A stretch of DNA of 63,838 nt, the filler included. It is 7 parts of 7 records of this genome, joined end to end, with 100 filler letters (N's around TTAATTAATTAA, not from the genome) between each part and the next. Parts side by side here need not be neighbours in the genome. Positions count along the whole stretch, not along the records: positions 13,439 to 21,518 come from SRR2962707_766; positions 21,619 to 28,971 come from SRR2962707_769; positions 29,072 to 42,315 come from SRR2962707_770; 4 more parts are not named here. One strand, 5' to 3'. The notes beneath the pieces were generated by a model that saw only the letters and a list, made by a program, of their open reading frames with translations, did no database searches and was not told the DNA's origin. Position numbers and translations under genes: made by a program. Positions 20,798 through 32,400 of this stretch are shown piece after piece; the stretch's first letter is position 1; each line of letters starts with the position of its first letter.

Positions 20798-20943
20798 CTG
20801 CAAATTCCCGTTTGGCGTTGCCGAAGAGACCGGAATTGACCCCGCGCCCTGCCTCGCTTAGGAGAGGTGCAACGGCGCTGGCAGTCCGGCCTATACGGCC
20901 ATGACCGCCCACACTAGACGTTGAACCTTAAGGAATCGCCACG

Positions 20944-21518
20944 ATGAAACATGATTTGGCCGCTCTCGCCAGCACGATTGAAACCGCATTTGACGACCGC
21001 GATGCGGTGTCCACTTCAACCCGCGGCGAGGTTCGCGATGCGGTTGAAACCGCGCTCAACCTGCTCGATCTGGGCCAGGCGCGTGTCGCCGAGCGTGGCG
21101 ATGACGGTCAGTGGACGGTAAACCAGTGGCTCAAGAAGGCGGTGCTCTTGTCGTTCCGTCTGAACCCGATGGAGATCATCAAGGGTGGGCCTGGCGACGC
21201 TGTGTGGTGGGACAAGGTTCCGTCGAAGTTCGATGGCTGGAGCGCCAATGAATTTGAGCGTTCCGGTTTTCGCGCGGTTCCCGGATCGATCGTCCGTCGC
21301 GGATCGTTCATCGGCAAGAACGTCGTTTTGATGCCGTCCTTCGTCAACCTCGGCGCCTATGTCGATGAAGGCACGATGGTCGATGGCTGGGCGACGGTCG
21401 GCTCCTGCGCGCAGATCGGCAAGAATGTACATCTGTCCGGCGGCGTCGGCATCGGCGGCGTGCTGGAGCCGCTGCAGGCAGGCCCCACCATCATCGAGGA
21501 CAACTGCTTCATCGGCGC
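20944..21518 (+). CDS. dapD: Tetrahydrodipicolinate N-succinyltransferase, 3'-partial
   Basis: [63 protein letters not shown]. Confidence 0.97.
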
Positions 21519-21618
21519 NNNNNNNNNNNNNNNNNNNNNNNNNNNNNNNNNNNNNNNNNNNNTTAATTAATTAANNNNNNNNNNNNNNNNNNNNNNNNNN
21601 NNNNNNNNNNNNNNNNNN

Positions 21619-21644
21619 GTGTGTGTGTGTGTGTGTGTGTGTGT
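21619..21644. repeat. (GT)n microsatellite at contig start
   Basis: Perfect gt repeat after the linker. Confidence 0.9.
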
Positions 21645-21659
21645 TCCGTGCGGCCACAG

Positions 21660-21794
21660 GAGGACGAGAACAATTTCAGTTCGAATTCTGCGGTTGTTCG
21701 GCAGAGGCGCCGAAAGGCGTCGTTGCAAAGCGCAAGCAGCACTGAGTCGAATGATGGGGGTGTAGAACTGACTGCCATGGGTGGCGGCGATTGA
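21660..21794 (+). CDS. Possible terminal exon of an upstream eukaryotic gene
   Basis: CAG acceptor at 21657-21659 after the GT tract, then EDENNFSSNSAVVRQRRRKASLQSASSTESNDGGVELTAMGGGD-stop. No recognisable domain. Confidence 0.3.
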   Translation, partial: EDENNFSSNSAVVRQRRRKASLQSASSTESNDGGVELTAMGGGD

Positions 21795-22262
21795 TTGCGA
21801 GTGCATGAACATCGTTTACCGCCATTCCTATTGCCCACCGAGGCATGCCCATTTTAAAGTCGTCAGAGGGTGCAGTCTACTTTAATTCTGCTAAGAACGT
21901 ACTATCAAGCAAGAAAACTGGCACCCGCTTCGCAAAGCGCCGGTCAACGAAATTTCACTGGACATTGATCGCTGCAAAAAAACATCGACAGGGTCGACGT
22001 TCTCTCCACAAACATCGAAATCAGACTTGTACGTTCATCTACGCCTGGTCGCAAAGATAACCACGCTGAAGGTAGAGTTGTTTGCGTTTTTTCAAAGGGA
22101 AACTTTTTACTTTTAAAACAATTTTTGGGAACTATACTATTAGACTAAAAACCTCGGTAGCGTACCGTTTCTGGCTGAATCCAAGCCGGCTACTCTTCCT
22201 ATGGTCGTATCCGGTACGGAAACCTGCGGCCATACAATGCGGGGCATACAGGTTCCGAACTT

Positions 22263-25200
22263 CTACGCAACCACGTGAAGGCTTGCGGCGGCAGAGGTTC
22301 CATTGCGAGCTTGAGGTGCCGAAGGAGCGTCCGTGTCCAGGGGAGATGGAAGGTTGGTGGCGCCCTTCGTGTCGCTGAGGGGTGACTTAAGAAGATCCTT
22401 CGCTCGCTGGGCCACTTCTGGATCGTGCAGAACCTGCTGCGTGGACACAAGAACGGCACTTTCGTTGACCTTGTCCTGGGGCGACGAGGGACGCTGTTGC
22501 AACACTGCATCGCTACCATTGAGTGACTCAGCGATGTCCTGCCGCTCCCGCAAGAACGGGACGGTTTCAACGGCAGGGCCCGTGAAGCGGTTGCTTTTTG
22601 CATCATAATCTGCTCGTCGCAACATGTGAGAGCTGTTTGACTCATCAACCAGCAAACTTCGTTGCTGCTGCGTGGGCGCACTGTCCTTCGGGTATGTCGG
22701 GAACCGTCGTTGAACTCCAGAGCTATCACCAGTAGGACTGGTAGAGCCCCCCATGCAGTGCTTCTCACAGTTTTGAAGGCATCCTACAACAGAGTTAGTC
22801 TCCAAGGCACCCGTGTAAGCACGCAGGGGTGCGACATCAAGCCCTGGAAGTTTAGTCCCTTTGCTGCCCCCCACGGAGCTATTACCCCCAACATTGCATT
22901 CCTGCATGCAGTGCTGGGCACACCGAAGCGCCATCTGCGCGTCACCGAGGGATGTTCTTTTGTCACAAGCAGCGCCAGCCGCGTTGAAATTGCAGGTGCA
23001 GACCCCGGTCCTGTGATCGCAAACCCCGTTCCCGCTGCAATCGTTCGGGCATCGCCTAAGAGAGCAGTCTTCGCCGGTATAGTTGGCCGAGCAGGCACAG
23101 GCACCAACGGCCGTGTTGCATGTGCCGTGGCCAGAGCACCAGCCGCGGCACGGCACCTTCCGCAGCTCGCACGAAGGTCCGTAAAACTCCGGCGCGCAGG
23201 TGCAGGTCCCGGTTTCAGCGTCGCAGGTTCCACGGCCATTGCATTGGGCAGGGCACAGCTTTGTCTCACACGTTTCTCCAGTGAAGCCGGATGCGCAAAC
23301 ACACACGCCATCAGTAGAGCAGTGCCCACCGTTGCGACACGCTGCGGGGCAGCGTTTAAATTCACATGCCGGCCCCGAGTACCCGTTCGCGCAGGCGCAC
23401 GTCGGCACGAGAGTATAATTATCCTGTGCAAGCCCACGAGTGCTGGCAGCTCGCGCAGCGGACCAGTTTGCGTTGAGATGCGGCAGCGCTCGAATGCTAC
23501 AGGCGCCATGACCATTGCAGAGGGAGGCGTTGCAACTGCGGAACTGACAAGCAGCACCAAAGTAACCATCGAAGCAACCGCAAGTCAACGGTACCTCCGG
23601 CGGCTTGCCACCCGGGGTCAATTCCGAGGTGGCTTCTGCCTTGGCAGCCGCCGACATCGGAGCGACAGCTACAGCGGAACCAGGCGGGTCCTGTGACGCA
23701 CTGCTGCTGATTCCACTATGGGTTCCATCAAAAACCATGCGGGTTCCGCTCGATTCAGACAACGTCACCGTCGGGGAGGGTTCGCCGTTGCTTGGGGCAT
23801 TGAGTCTACTAATGCCCTCACTCGCAAAAGGAACAATCGCCGAAGGGCTACCCTCTCGACTGCATGATCCATGGCCTGAGCACGCGTGCGGGCATTGCTG
23901 AATCGAGCAGTCTTCTCCCGTAAAGTCAGGCTGGCAGAGGCAGAGAGGTCCACCAGCTGACGAATCGCAGGCACCATGTCCGCTGCACTGATTGGGACAG
24001 GTGCTACTTTCACACCGCGGGCCCGTAAATCCATTTCGGCACAGGCACTCGCCGTTGACACATTCGCCACGGCCCACAACACAACCTCCTGGGCATGGTT
24101 TCGGGAGAGGCTGGGAGCACATCGCGCCAGTCCAAGCGTCCTCGCAAGCGCACGCATACTGTGATCTACCCTCGGCCCGTCCCGCTTGCGAAGCCGGAAC
24201 TTCGACACACTGTCCATGACCAGTGCAGCTGTTCAAGTGGCTGCAATGCTTTTTGACGCGCGTTGAGCAATCGTGCCCCGTCCAGCCCTGGCTACATTCG
24301 CAGCGAATTTCACTTCCTTCTGTGCGTGGCGCAAAAGGACTGGTGTCACTCGAAGTGCTTCCGGGCATGGGCGTGATTCCACCACTATTCGTCGCACACA
24401 CGCCGTGCCCGGAGCAGTGGTTTAGACGTTCGCAAGCGCTGTGATACCGCTGATCACAGCTGAAACCGAGCCAGCCGGCATCACACACGCACTGGGCGCG
24501 GTACGTGTGTTCAACCATCAGCCTTGTCAGCGACAAAGCCGATGCATCGGCATCATCATTCTTGCCACGCATCGCACCCGCCAGCCCAAGCAGTGACATA
24601 GCATGCAATTGTGATTTGCCACTGTCGTGGCGCTTGGACGCTGCACCCACTGGTGCGGTCGACGACCGTCCCACAGCCCCATCGTTCACCATGAAGTCCA
24701 TTGGTGGCAACCAGTCCCACACAGAGGCGGCCTCGCCGTCGGAAAGTCCCACAGTGGCGCGTGCGTGAGCGTGTCGGTGACGCAAACGAGATGCGTGCCG
24801 CTCTTGTTCGTTCGTCTGAAGCAGCGACACCGGAGAAAAAGAGCCTAATTTCTCAAACCAGGGGGCGCGGTTCTCGCCGTCACCTACAGCACCAGTGTCG
24901 GGGTGTTGACGGATTACCTCAATTCCGCGGGCAGCCGCTTGTTCTGGGCTCGCAAGCCGCCCGACATGCAGGAACGAGGTGTGCGCACTGGAGTTGTCAC
25001 TGGCATCACCAGCAGCATCCGTGTCAACGAAAACGCCGGTGATGGCGCAACGCCCATGGTTGGAACAGTTGTGCGGGCACCAGCGTTCAGACAGGAACGC
25101 AAGTGACAACAGCATGTCTTCTGCCATGCGCGGGGGTACAGAGACCTCGCACGCCGCACCCTGTCGCATCGGCTTGCACACACAGGCGCCGTCCACGCAT

Positions 25201-28200
25201 GCGCCATGCCCCGAGCAGTTTCGAGGGCATAATTTCAAGCTGCAGTCTGGTCCACCCCACCCAGCCGCACAACTGCAAGTCGGGCCTGGACGATGCACTG
25301 TTGCGGCAGTGTGAGATTGAGTCGAGTTTGCGGTGCCTCCGAATGAGGCAAGTCCTCGCGCCGTCGCATTCGACACGACCGGCCCATCGGTTGCGTTCGG
25401 AAAGTTAGCATGGTCCGCCACTCGACGTACCGCGTTGAGAGCTGGAAAACCTTCTGCAGCCGGCGTGCGAATGAGGAGATGTAAATCGTCGTAACCATCG
25501 AGACATACCCCATGACCAGAGCAGTTGCCTTGCCCGCGGCAAACACGCTGCTCGCAGGCGCGGCCACCCCAGCCGTCCGCGCAGCGGCATGTTCCGTTGC
25601 GTTGGCATACGCCTCGCCCTCCGCAGCTGTTGGGGCACACTCTCACATCGCAGTCGGAACCACCCCAGCCCTGATCGCAGTAGCAGGTTCCGTTTACGCA
25701 GAAGCCATTCGGACCACAGCCGGCACGTCCGCGGTACGAGGACCACAGTCCGCGGCTATCTCCTGCGCTGCTACTCTCTCCATCACTTTCGCCATCCAGT
25801 GCGCCCTGACGCACCGAGCGAGTGAGTCCATCTGCAACGAGACGAGCTGCACGCAAGTGACGCTCAACGTTGTGAACACATTGGCGCCGGGAGCAATTGA
25901 AACCAGTCCACCCCGGCTCACATTCGCAACTGAAAGATGGTGCATCCTCAGCAACGCCGGCGCATTCACCGTGACCAGAGCAGGGCACCTCCACTCGTGG
26001 TCGCGCAGCAAAACCGTTCACAACAACAGTTCCGGGGCATTGCGGCTGCGTGCAGGTCTCTCCGGTCCAGCCGTCGTCACAGCGGCAGCGGCCGTTCGGC
26101 CCACAACGCCCGTGGAAGCCGCAGGCCTTCGGGCAAACGGGGACAGAGCAGTCCTCGCCACCGCGACCGTCACGGCAAAAGCAAGTTCCGTTGACGCAGA
26201 CACCCCCATCGCCAGAGCAGTCATTCAGGCAACTCCGACTTCCACAATCAATACCAGCCCATTTTTGGCCTGGAAACGCAGACTTCTCCGACGCAGCGAT
26301 ACCATCCACAAGTTTGCAAGTGCAGAGTCCGAGCGCTTCGTCACATTGGCCACGGCCGGCCGCAGCACCGCAACCACCGACGCAAACTCGCTGCGCACAA
26401 TCGCCGTTCGGCCCACCGAAACCAGTGTCGCAACGACACGAGGCGCTGCCGCCAGGGCCATGTCCGGTGCTACGATTGTGCTCGCAAACACCGTGACCGC
26501 TGCAACCACTCGGGCAAGCGGACAAAGAACAATCTTCTCCTGTGAAACCCACCTTGCACAGGCAGGTGGCGCTGGTGCGGTCACCCTTGCACTGTCCCTG
26601 TCCCAGGTGCGCCGAGCAATTTCCCGGGCAACTTCGCCGGTTACAAGCTGGCCCTTCCCATTGTTGGCCAGGAAAGTTGGGAAGCGTATGCACCGGGCCA
26701 CATGTGCATGTGCCGTCCGCGGCGTTGCAGAAACCATGCTCTACGTAGCGCACAGAACAACTGTCGCCTGTGAAACCGTCGTCACAGCGACAGCGGCCGT
26801 CGTGACCGCAGGTCCCATGACTACGGCACTGATGTGGGCAGGCACGCTGTGCACAGCTTTCTCCGGTCCAACCAGCTGCGCAATGGCACTTGCCGTCTCG
26901 ACACTCGCCGTGCGAAGAGTTGCCTGTTGTTGAGGGCGAGTTCGAGCAGTTCCGCGGGCACTGCGCCGTGCCGCAGTCAGGGCCAGTCCATCCCTGGAAG
27001 CACTCCGGCGGATCGGCATCCCCGGCCAGAAGCAGGCCGTGGTGTGGGACGACGTACCGGTGTTGACAGGAGTCGCCTTTCCAGCCGGCGTCGCAAAGGC
27101 ACCGCCCGTCCCGGCCGCAGCGGCCGTGATAGTTGCACATGTCCTTGCAGGCAGTCAGAGTACACTGGGCGCCGGTGTACCCGGCTTCGCAAAAACAGGT
27201 TCCATTCACACATTGACCATGGCCTCCACAAGTGGGTAGGCGAGGGCTGAGGCCCGCAGCTTCGGCCGTCAGCACTTCATCTGATAAACCCGCTGTGCAT
27301 TTGGCAAACGAGCAGTCGGCGGCGCCAAAGTGCTTCCCACAGTCGCATGTCCCGTCGGCCCGGCACGTGCCCCGGTTGTGGCAGTCATTGGGACACGCTT
27401 TGCGTTCGCAGGCGTCTCCAGTGAACCCGTACTCGCACACACACTCGCCGGTTGGCGAGCAGGCGCCATGACCACTGCAACGAGGGGGTGCGTCTGGTCC
27501 GCGCCTCCCACCGCGCCCAAGGGTGGGCCCTGGCGCCTCCACGCCAGCACTCCAGAGCACCTCCGACCGGACCGGACACTCGATACGCTCGCATGCGGAG
27601 CCCCACACGCCTTCGTCGCAGACACAGGTTCCATTGTTGCAGGTCCCCAGACCGCTGCAATTGTGGGGGCAGGGCAAAATGTCGCAACGTTCGCCGCGCC
27701 AAGGCGCCTCGCACTGGCACGTGAAGTTGGAGCACTGGCCATGCCCACTGCAGTCACCGGGGCACACCATCTTCTGGCACCCATTGCTCATGCGAAGGCG
27801 AGCAGAAGTGGGCGGCGGCAAAGCTGCTGCTCCCCAAGCTCGCGATGAAGAGTTTGATCCCATGGACGAGTTGCCTCCAGCGTCTTCAGCGTCGGGATCA
27901 TCCACAGGGACAAGGTGGTTCGTCCAGCCAGGATCGCAGAAGCACTTGCCCCCGTGGCAATACCCATGGTCTTCGCACCCCGGGTCACAGGCAGAGACGG
28001 AGCAGTCGATGCCCCGCCAGCCAGCACGGCACGAGCAAGTGAAGTTCGAGCATGTTCCGTGACCAGAGCAGTTATTCGGACAGACAGTCTGGCTGCAGTC
28101 GAATCCGCCGTACCCGTCCCGGCAAACGCACGTGTCATTGCGGCAGAAGCCCCGCGACACACCGTTGCAGACCTTGCCACCCACGATGGGGCACGTGCTG

Positions 28201-28766
28201 TTGGAGCAGTCGTCGCCAGAAAAGTATGGGTTGCAGTCGCACGTTGCATTCACCGTACACGTCCCGTGGTTCGAGCAGTTGTTTGGGCACGCAGGCTGCT
28301 CACACGTGAGCCCGGCCCACCCGGCATTGCAGGAGCAAGTGCCGTTGTTGCAGACGCCATTCCCGTGGCAGTCGCCGTCACATGCAACGCCGCTGCAATC
28401 CTCGCCGGCAAAGTTCTCAAAGCAGTAGCACGTCCCGTTGAAGCACTCGCCTTGGCTGCTGCATGCGTTCAAGCAGGCCAGCGTGGCACAGGTGTCACCT
28501 TCGTACCTGACGTGGCACGCGCAGGTCCCGTTCTTGCACACACCGTGCCCGCTGCACGCCCCAGCATCGTTTTCATCACACACAGAGTCCGCACTTGTGG
28601 TTACAGTTGGCGTTGTTGTTGCAGAGTCGGGGTCTGCAGAGCGCAGGTCAAGTAGCTGGAGGTGGGCACGCGAGAGCGCGTGAAGCTGGAGGCCGTCTGA
28701 GTGGAAGCACTGGAGGAGACTCACAAGGAGCGCCAACAGCAACGGGTTTGAGGCGGCTCTCCGCAT
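22263..28766 (-). CDS. Secreted tenascin/teneurin-type EGF-repeat protein (2167 aa), intronless
   Basis: N-terminal signal peptide. Several dozen CPxxCSGHGxCxxGxCxCxxGWxGxDC units interrupted by low-complexity inserts. No TM helix seen. Confidence 0.88.
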   Translation of the reverse strand: MRRAASNPLLLALLVSLLQCFHSDGLQLHALSRAHLQLLDLRSADPDSATTTPTVTTSADSVCDENDAGACSGHGVCKNGTCACHVRYEGDTCATLACLNACSSQGECFNGTCYCFENFAGEDCSGVACDGDCHGNGVCNNGTCSCNAGWAGLTCEQPACPNNCSNHGTCTVNATCDCNPYFSGDDCSNSTCPIVGGKVCNGVSRGFCRNDTCVCRDGYGGFDCSQTVCPNNCSGHGTCSNFTCSCRAGWRGIDCSVSACDPGCEDHGYCHGGKCFCDPGWTNHLVPVDDPDAEDAGGNSSMGSNSSSRAWGAAALPPPTSARLRMSNGCQKMVCPGDCSGHGQCSNFTCQCEAPWRGERCDILPCPHNCSGLGTCNNGTCVCDEGVWGSACERIECPVRSEVLWSAGVEAPGPTLGRGGRRGPDAPPRCSGHGACSPTGECVCEYGFTGDACERKACPNDCHNRGTCRADGTCDCGKHFGAADCSFAKCTAGLSDEVLTAEAAGLSPRLPTCGGHGQCVNGTCFCEAGYTGAQCTLTACKDMCNYHGRCGRDGRCLCDAGWKGDSCQHRYVVPHHGLLLAGDADPPECFQGWTGPDCGTAQCPRNCSNSPSTTGNSSHGECRDGKCHCAAGWTGESCAQRACPHQCRSHGTCGHDGRCRCDDGFTGDSCSVRYVEHGFCNAADGTCTCGPVHTLPNFPGQQWEGPACNRRSCPGNCSAHLGQGQCKGDRTSATCLCKVGFTGEDCSLSACPSGCSGHGVCEHNRSTGHGPGGSASCRCDTGFGGPNGDCAQRVCVGGCGAAAGRGQCDEALGLCTCKLVDGIAASEKSAFPGQKWAGIDCGSRSCLNDCSGDGGVCVNGTCFCRDGRGGEDCSVPVCPKACGFHGRCGPNGRCRCDDGWTGETCTQPQCPGTVVVNGFAARPRVEVPCSGHGECAGVAEDAPSFSCECEPGWTGFNCSRRQCVHNVERHLRAARLVADGLTRSVRQGALDGESDGESSSAGDSRGLWSSYRGRAGCGPNGFCVNGTCYCDQGWGGSDCDVRVCPNSCGGRGVCQRNGTCRCADGWGGRACEQRVCRGQGNCSGHGVCLDGYDDLHLLIRTPAAEGFPALNAVRRVADHANFPNATDGPVVSNATARGLASFGGTANSTQSHTAATVHRPGPTCSCAAGWGGPDCSLKLCPRNCSGHGACVDGACVCKPMRQGAACEVSVPPRMAEDMLLSLAFLSERWCPHNCSNHGRCAITGVFVDTDAAGDASDNSSAHTSFLHVGRLASPEQAAARGIEVIRQHPDTGAVGDGENRAPWFEKLGSFSPVSLLQTNEQERHASRLRHRHAHARATVGLSDGEAASVWDWLPPMDFMVNDGAVGRSSTAPVGAASKRHDSGKSQLHAMSLLGLAGAMRGKNDDADASALSLTRLMVEHTYRAQCVCDAGWLGFSCDQRYHSACERLNHCSGHGVCATNSGGITPMPGSTSSDTSPFAPRTEGSEIRCECSQGWTGHDCSTRVKKHCSHLNSCTGHGQCVEVPASQAGRAEGRSQYACACEDAWTGAMCSQPLPKPCPGGCVVGRGECVNGECLCRNGFTGPRCESSTCPNQCSGHGACDSSAGGPLCLCQPDFTGEDCSIQQCPHACSGHGSCSREGSPSAIVPFASEGISRLNAPSNGEPSPTVTLSESSGTRMVFDGTHSGISSSASQDPPGSAVAVAPMSAAAKAEATSELTPGGKPPEVPLTCGCFDGYFGAACQFRSCNASLCNGHGACSIRALPHLNANWSAARAASTRGLAQDNYTLVPTCACANGYSGPACEFKRCPAACRNGGHCSTDGVCVCASGFTGETCETKLCPAQCNGRGTCDAETGTCTCAPEFYGPSCELRKVPCRGWCSGHGTCNTAVGACACSANYTGEDCSLRRCPNDCSGNGVCDHRTGVCTCNFNAAGAACDKRTSLGDAQMALRCAQHCMQECNVGGNSSVGGSKGTKLPGLDVAPLRAYTGALETNSVVGCLQNCEKHCMGGSTSPTGDSSGVQRRFPTYPKDSAPTQQQRSLLVDESNSSHMLRRADYDAKSNRFTGPAVETVPFLRERQDIAESLNGSDAVLQQRPSSPQDKVNESAVLVSTQQVLHDPEVAQRAKDLLKSPLSDTKGATNLPSPLDTDAPSAPQARNGTSAAASLHVVA

Positions 28767-29071
28767 ACTGCTGGCTGAGTGTGTCAGTGAGCGAGTGGCG
28801 GCCTCTCCACTCTGTCACCCCAGCCCACCCCAGCCCAGCTCGGTTCGGCCCGGCTCAGCCCGCGTCTTCTGTTTGTTGTCGCTGACTCTGGCCACGAGTC
28901 ACGGCCCTCGCGCACGCTTGCGTGCCGATGAAGTCACGGCCATGAGAAGCAAAACGACAAAAAGGAAAAGCNNNNNNNNNNNNNNNNNNNNNNNNNNNNN
29001 NNNNNNNNNNNNNNNTTAATTAATTAANNNNNNNNNNNNNNNNNNNNNNNNNNNNNNNNNNNNNNNNNNNN

Positions 29072-29110
29072 AGCAGCAGCAGCAGCAACAACAACAAAAC
29101 AACACAAACC
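29072..29110. repeat. (CAG)n/(CAA)n simple repeat at contig start
   Basis: agcagcagcagcagcaacaacaacaaaac. Confidence 0.7.
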
Positions 29111-29412
29111 CAGGCAAGAATGGGCGGGTGCATTTCAAGTCCTACGCCAGCAACAGTCCACCGCGCTCAAACCAAGCACACAGTCGACTTGGCAAATCAA
29201 AAAACAGTGGTAAACGCAGCGGCCGTGGGAAAGGCAAGCAGGAAATCGACAAGCTACTGTGAATGAGGTGTCCAGCACTTGCCGAGACTCACAACTCACT
29301 GATTGGATTTGTTCATTGCACTAAATAAAATGAAATAAATTACACATTATGATGTAACTTTACACTATTTACAGACAGCTCTGAAAGGAAACGGTTAGTG
29401 AGCACTTTGGTA

Positions 29413-32400
29413 TCAATATCGCAAAGCGCAGAAGGCGCCAACACCAGCACGAATCCAAGTATCTTGGTCAACTTGGTTCAAGTTGTTACGGAACTCAGCG
29501 CGGTTGGACGGGATCTCCATCCACATGACGAAGTTGGTCGAATGACCAGTCGTGGACAGTGTACCACGTCGCAGCAGCGTCTTGTACACGGGCAAACGGT
29601 AAATGCCCTTCTCAGTTGGGGGTCGGTTAGACTGTGGGTCCATGTGGATCATCGGCAGCCGTGTGTAAAGCTGTTTGGGCAACGAGTCGTCGATGCTGTG
29701 GATCTCGGAGTTCCAACGGGCGCCCTCGAGCCAGAGACCCCAGATCAAGCAACCGTCCTCTGGGGACGCGTACTTGCCGGCATCTTCAAGGTCCTTGCGG
29801 GTGAGCTCGTTCTGCACTCGAACATTAAACGAGACGGTGTCGATCGCCACGGTGTACTTGCGGGCATAGTTTTGCTGGACACCAGTGAAGAATGCTTGCG
29901 GGAAGTAGAATCCAGGAACCCAATAACACGCTGGCACGCCGTTATCGATCCAGTCGTTGAGGAATGCAAGACGGTCCATCAGCTCGTCCACCCATGGACC
30001 AAGAGGCTTCAATGACGGATAGGCGTTAGCCTCCCAGTTCGCAGGAATACCACCAACGAAAAGTTTGTCGCCCATGGCTTCGAGCTCTTGCGACATTGTG
30101 ACCAGACCTTTCAGTGCCTTGCGCAGCAGAGGCAAAGTACGTGTCATTTCTTTGAGCAGGCCGTTGTACCGCATGCATTCTTGCAGAAGCACTGTGTTCA
30201 TGCACTGGTTGTAAGTGAGGGGGTAGGACATGGACACTGCTTCCGTGTCGAACGGGGGATACATGCGGTCTTCGATACCCTTGCAGATGTCTGAAATGAT
30301 GTCCTCGCGACTCATGCCCTTTCCACCAACGGCCTTCGGCTGCAGTGACAAAATGGTTTCGAAGGCCTCAGTCGTTTCGGTCTCAGCACAAATAATATCG
30401 GCGTTCTGATGCAAGCCGAACGCCTCGGGGTCTGACGTCAGCGGCAGAGACTCAATGTAATCAACGTAACTCTGGTGCGGACTGTCTTCGTCAAATGCAA
30501 TCGAACGGTAAACCCCAGATGCCGAAAACTTGTAGTCATCGATTAGTACCTTTGGATTGAAAAGGTCGAGCAGCAAAACGTGGATAGTGCGGAGATCGAT
30601 GTAGTCGGTAACGCGGCCCCCGTAGTTGACATAAGACGTCAGGAAGTGCAGCACCTTGAAGGGGGGCTCTTCGTAGGCGTCGAGGAAGCGTTCTACCTGC
30701 GATTTGGAAATCTCCAAATCAGTGTCGTTGAACTCGTACGGACAATTCCATCCCAGTGGCCCATACTTGCGCCGGTCTTGCACTGAGGCGTGGAAGAAGC
30801 ACAAGGCAAACAGAAGCTTTTTGAATACACCAGGCTTGGTTGTCACATTGAGCTTGTCGTCGTCGAGTTTGAAGTACGCATTCTTGAGGTTTGCACGCAG
30901 ACCAGCTGGGGGTTCCAAGGTCATCTTTACGCCATTTTGCAGAATCGCGACAGGGAATGCCAGGGACGGCATAGAGGTCAGCCACAACCGGAAGTTTTTG
31001 TGGCATGTGTCTGGGTTGATCTCTTCCACCAACACCTCCAGCTTGTCCATCCATGACACGTAGAGGTGACAATTCTGAAGGAAGACCCACGACCCGTTCT
31101 GAATGCCCTCGGCAATCATCTTCTCAGCCTTTGTGTCTTGGCCTTGACCAAGCGACAGGCCACCCACCTTGCAACGCATTTCCTCTGCAAACGCGTACAC
31201 CATCTTCGTTGGATCAGATCCAGCAGTGAGCACGAAAACTAATGGCGACGTGCAAGAGGAGTCTTCGTATGAGCCGTTGACATCAAAGGGCGGCGGTTCC
31301 ACAAACCGCTTGCCCATCTGCTCCACAACGTAGGACAGGACAGCAGGCATCACCTTGTCGGGGCGCACAGTTCGCAGCAAGCACATCTTGCGGAACGAAT
31401 TCATTTTGTTCCACTCGCCAGGATATTCTTCTTCCTGAGGTGTGTCCGAGTCGTAAAATTTCTTCCAAGCAGTCGCGTCGAACGTTTCGGCCAAACCCTT
31501 GAACGCAGGAAGCGTTGCGAGACCCACAATCTCGCTCCAGCTGCGCTCAACAATCCAGGACGGGTCGGGGTTGGCTGCTGTGACTTTATCTGGCGCCATT
31601 CCTGAGATCAAAAAGCGCCATTCAAGTGGATCAATTTCATCATTTCCCTGCTGAATCTTGATGCACATCATGAACGAGAAGAGGAGTTTGTGCTTCTCGA
31701 ACAACGATCGGCAAATGTTCTTGTACAGGCTAAAGGTGAAGTAATCGATGAGGCTGAGTTTGCGAACGGCCAGATCGGGGTTCTGCTCCGAGTCTTGACA
31801 GCCCTTGGCGTAGAGGCGTGTAAACCACTCAAGTGAGTACTGGTACATCGGGTCGATCTTGGCGAGGTCAGCAATGCAGAAATACAACAGCGATCCACGG
31901 AACGCGCATGGTCGGTACTCCTCGCGCACGGAGTCGATCTCCTTTTCAGCAATAGCAGCTTCCGCCATCTTCTCGTCAATCTCTTTGGCAGTTTTTTTCG
32001 ACTGCCCAAGAGCTTCAATGAGCTCGAAATCGTCGAGAATGTTGCCCTTTGAGTTCGACAACAGCTGCAGGATCATGTCTTCCAGGTCCTTAAGTTGCTT
32101 TGCCATCTTGGCGTTGGACACAACAAGGCCGTTTTTCTGCTCCTCCAGGTCAGGTCGCTCCTCACGGATTGTCACACCAAGCAGCTGGTCCTCGAGACCT
32201 CCGAGCGTGATGGTGAAATTAAGAAGCGAAACTTTGACGCAAACCTCTGGTGGGTAGTGTGGGTTGGGCAACTTGGTTGTCATGAAAAAGCGGAACTGAT
32301 CGTTCCATGGGATCACACTATCGCCAACTTTGATCATTTCGGTACCCCCCTGCCGGAACTTTTGCTGAAGCAAAAGGGGCTCCAACGCCGCATCAAGCTC

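Noticed and set aside
13339-21618. Horizontal transfer of bacterial genes into the eukaryote (also considered for 42416-58720)
   Set aside because: Both bacterial blocks are bounded by artificial linkers, are truncated mid-gene and retain operon structure. No physical linkage to eukaryotic DNA is visible.
25512-26933. Long antisense ORF (473 aa) and similar shadow ORFs over the large genes
   Set aside because: These are Ala/Thr/Val-rich by-products of GC-rich, Cys/Gly-rich sense codons and have no independent motifs.
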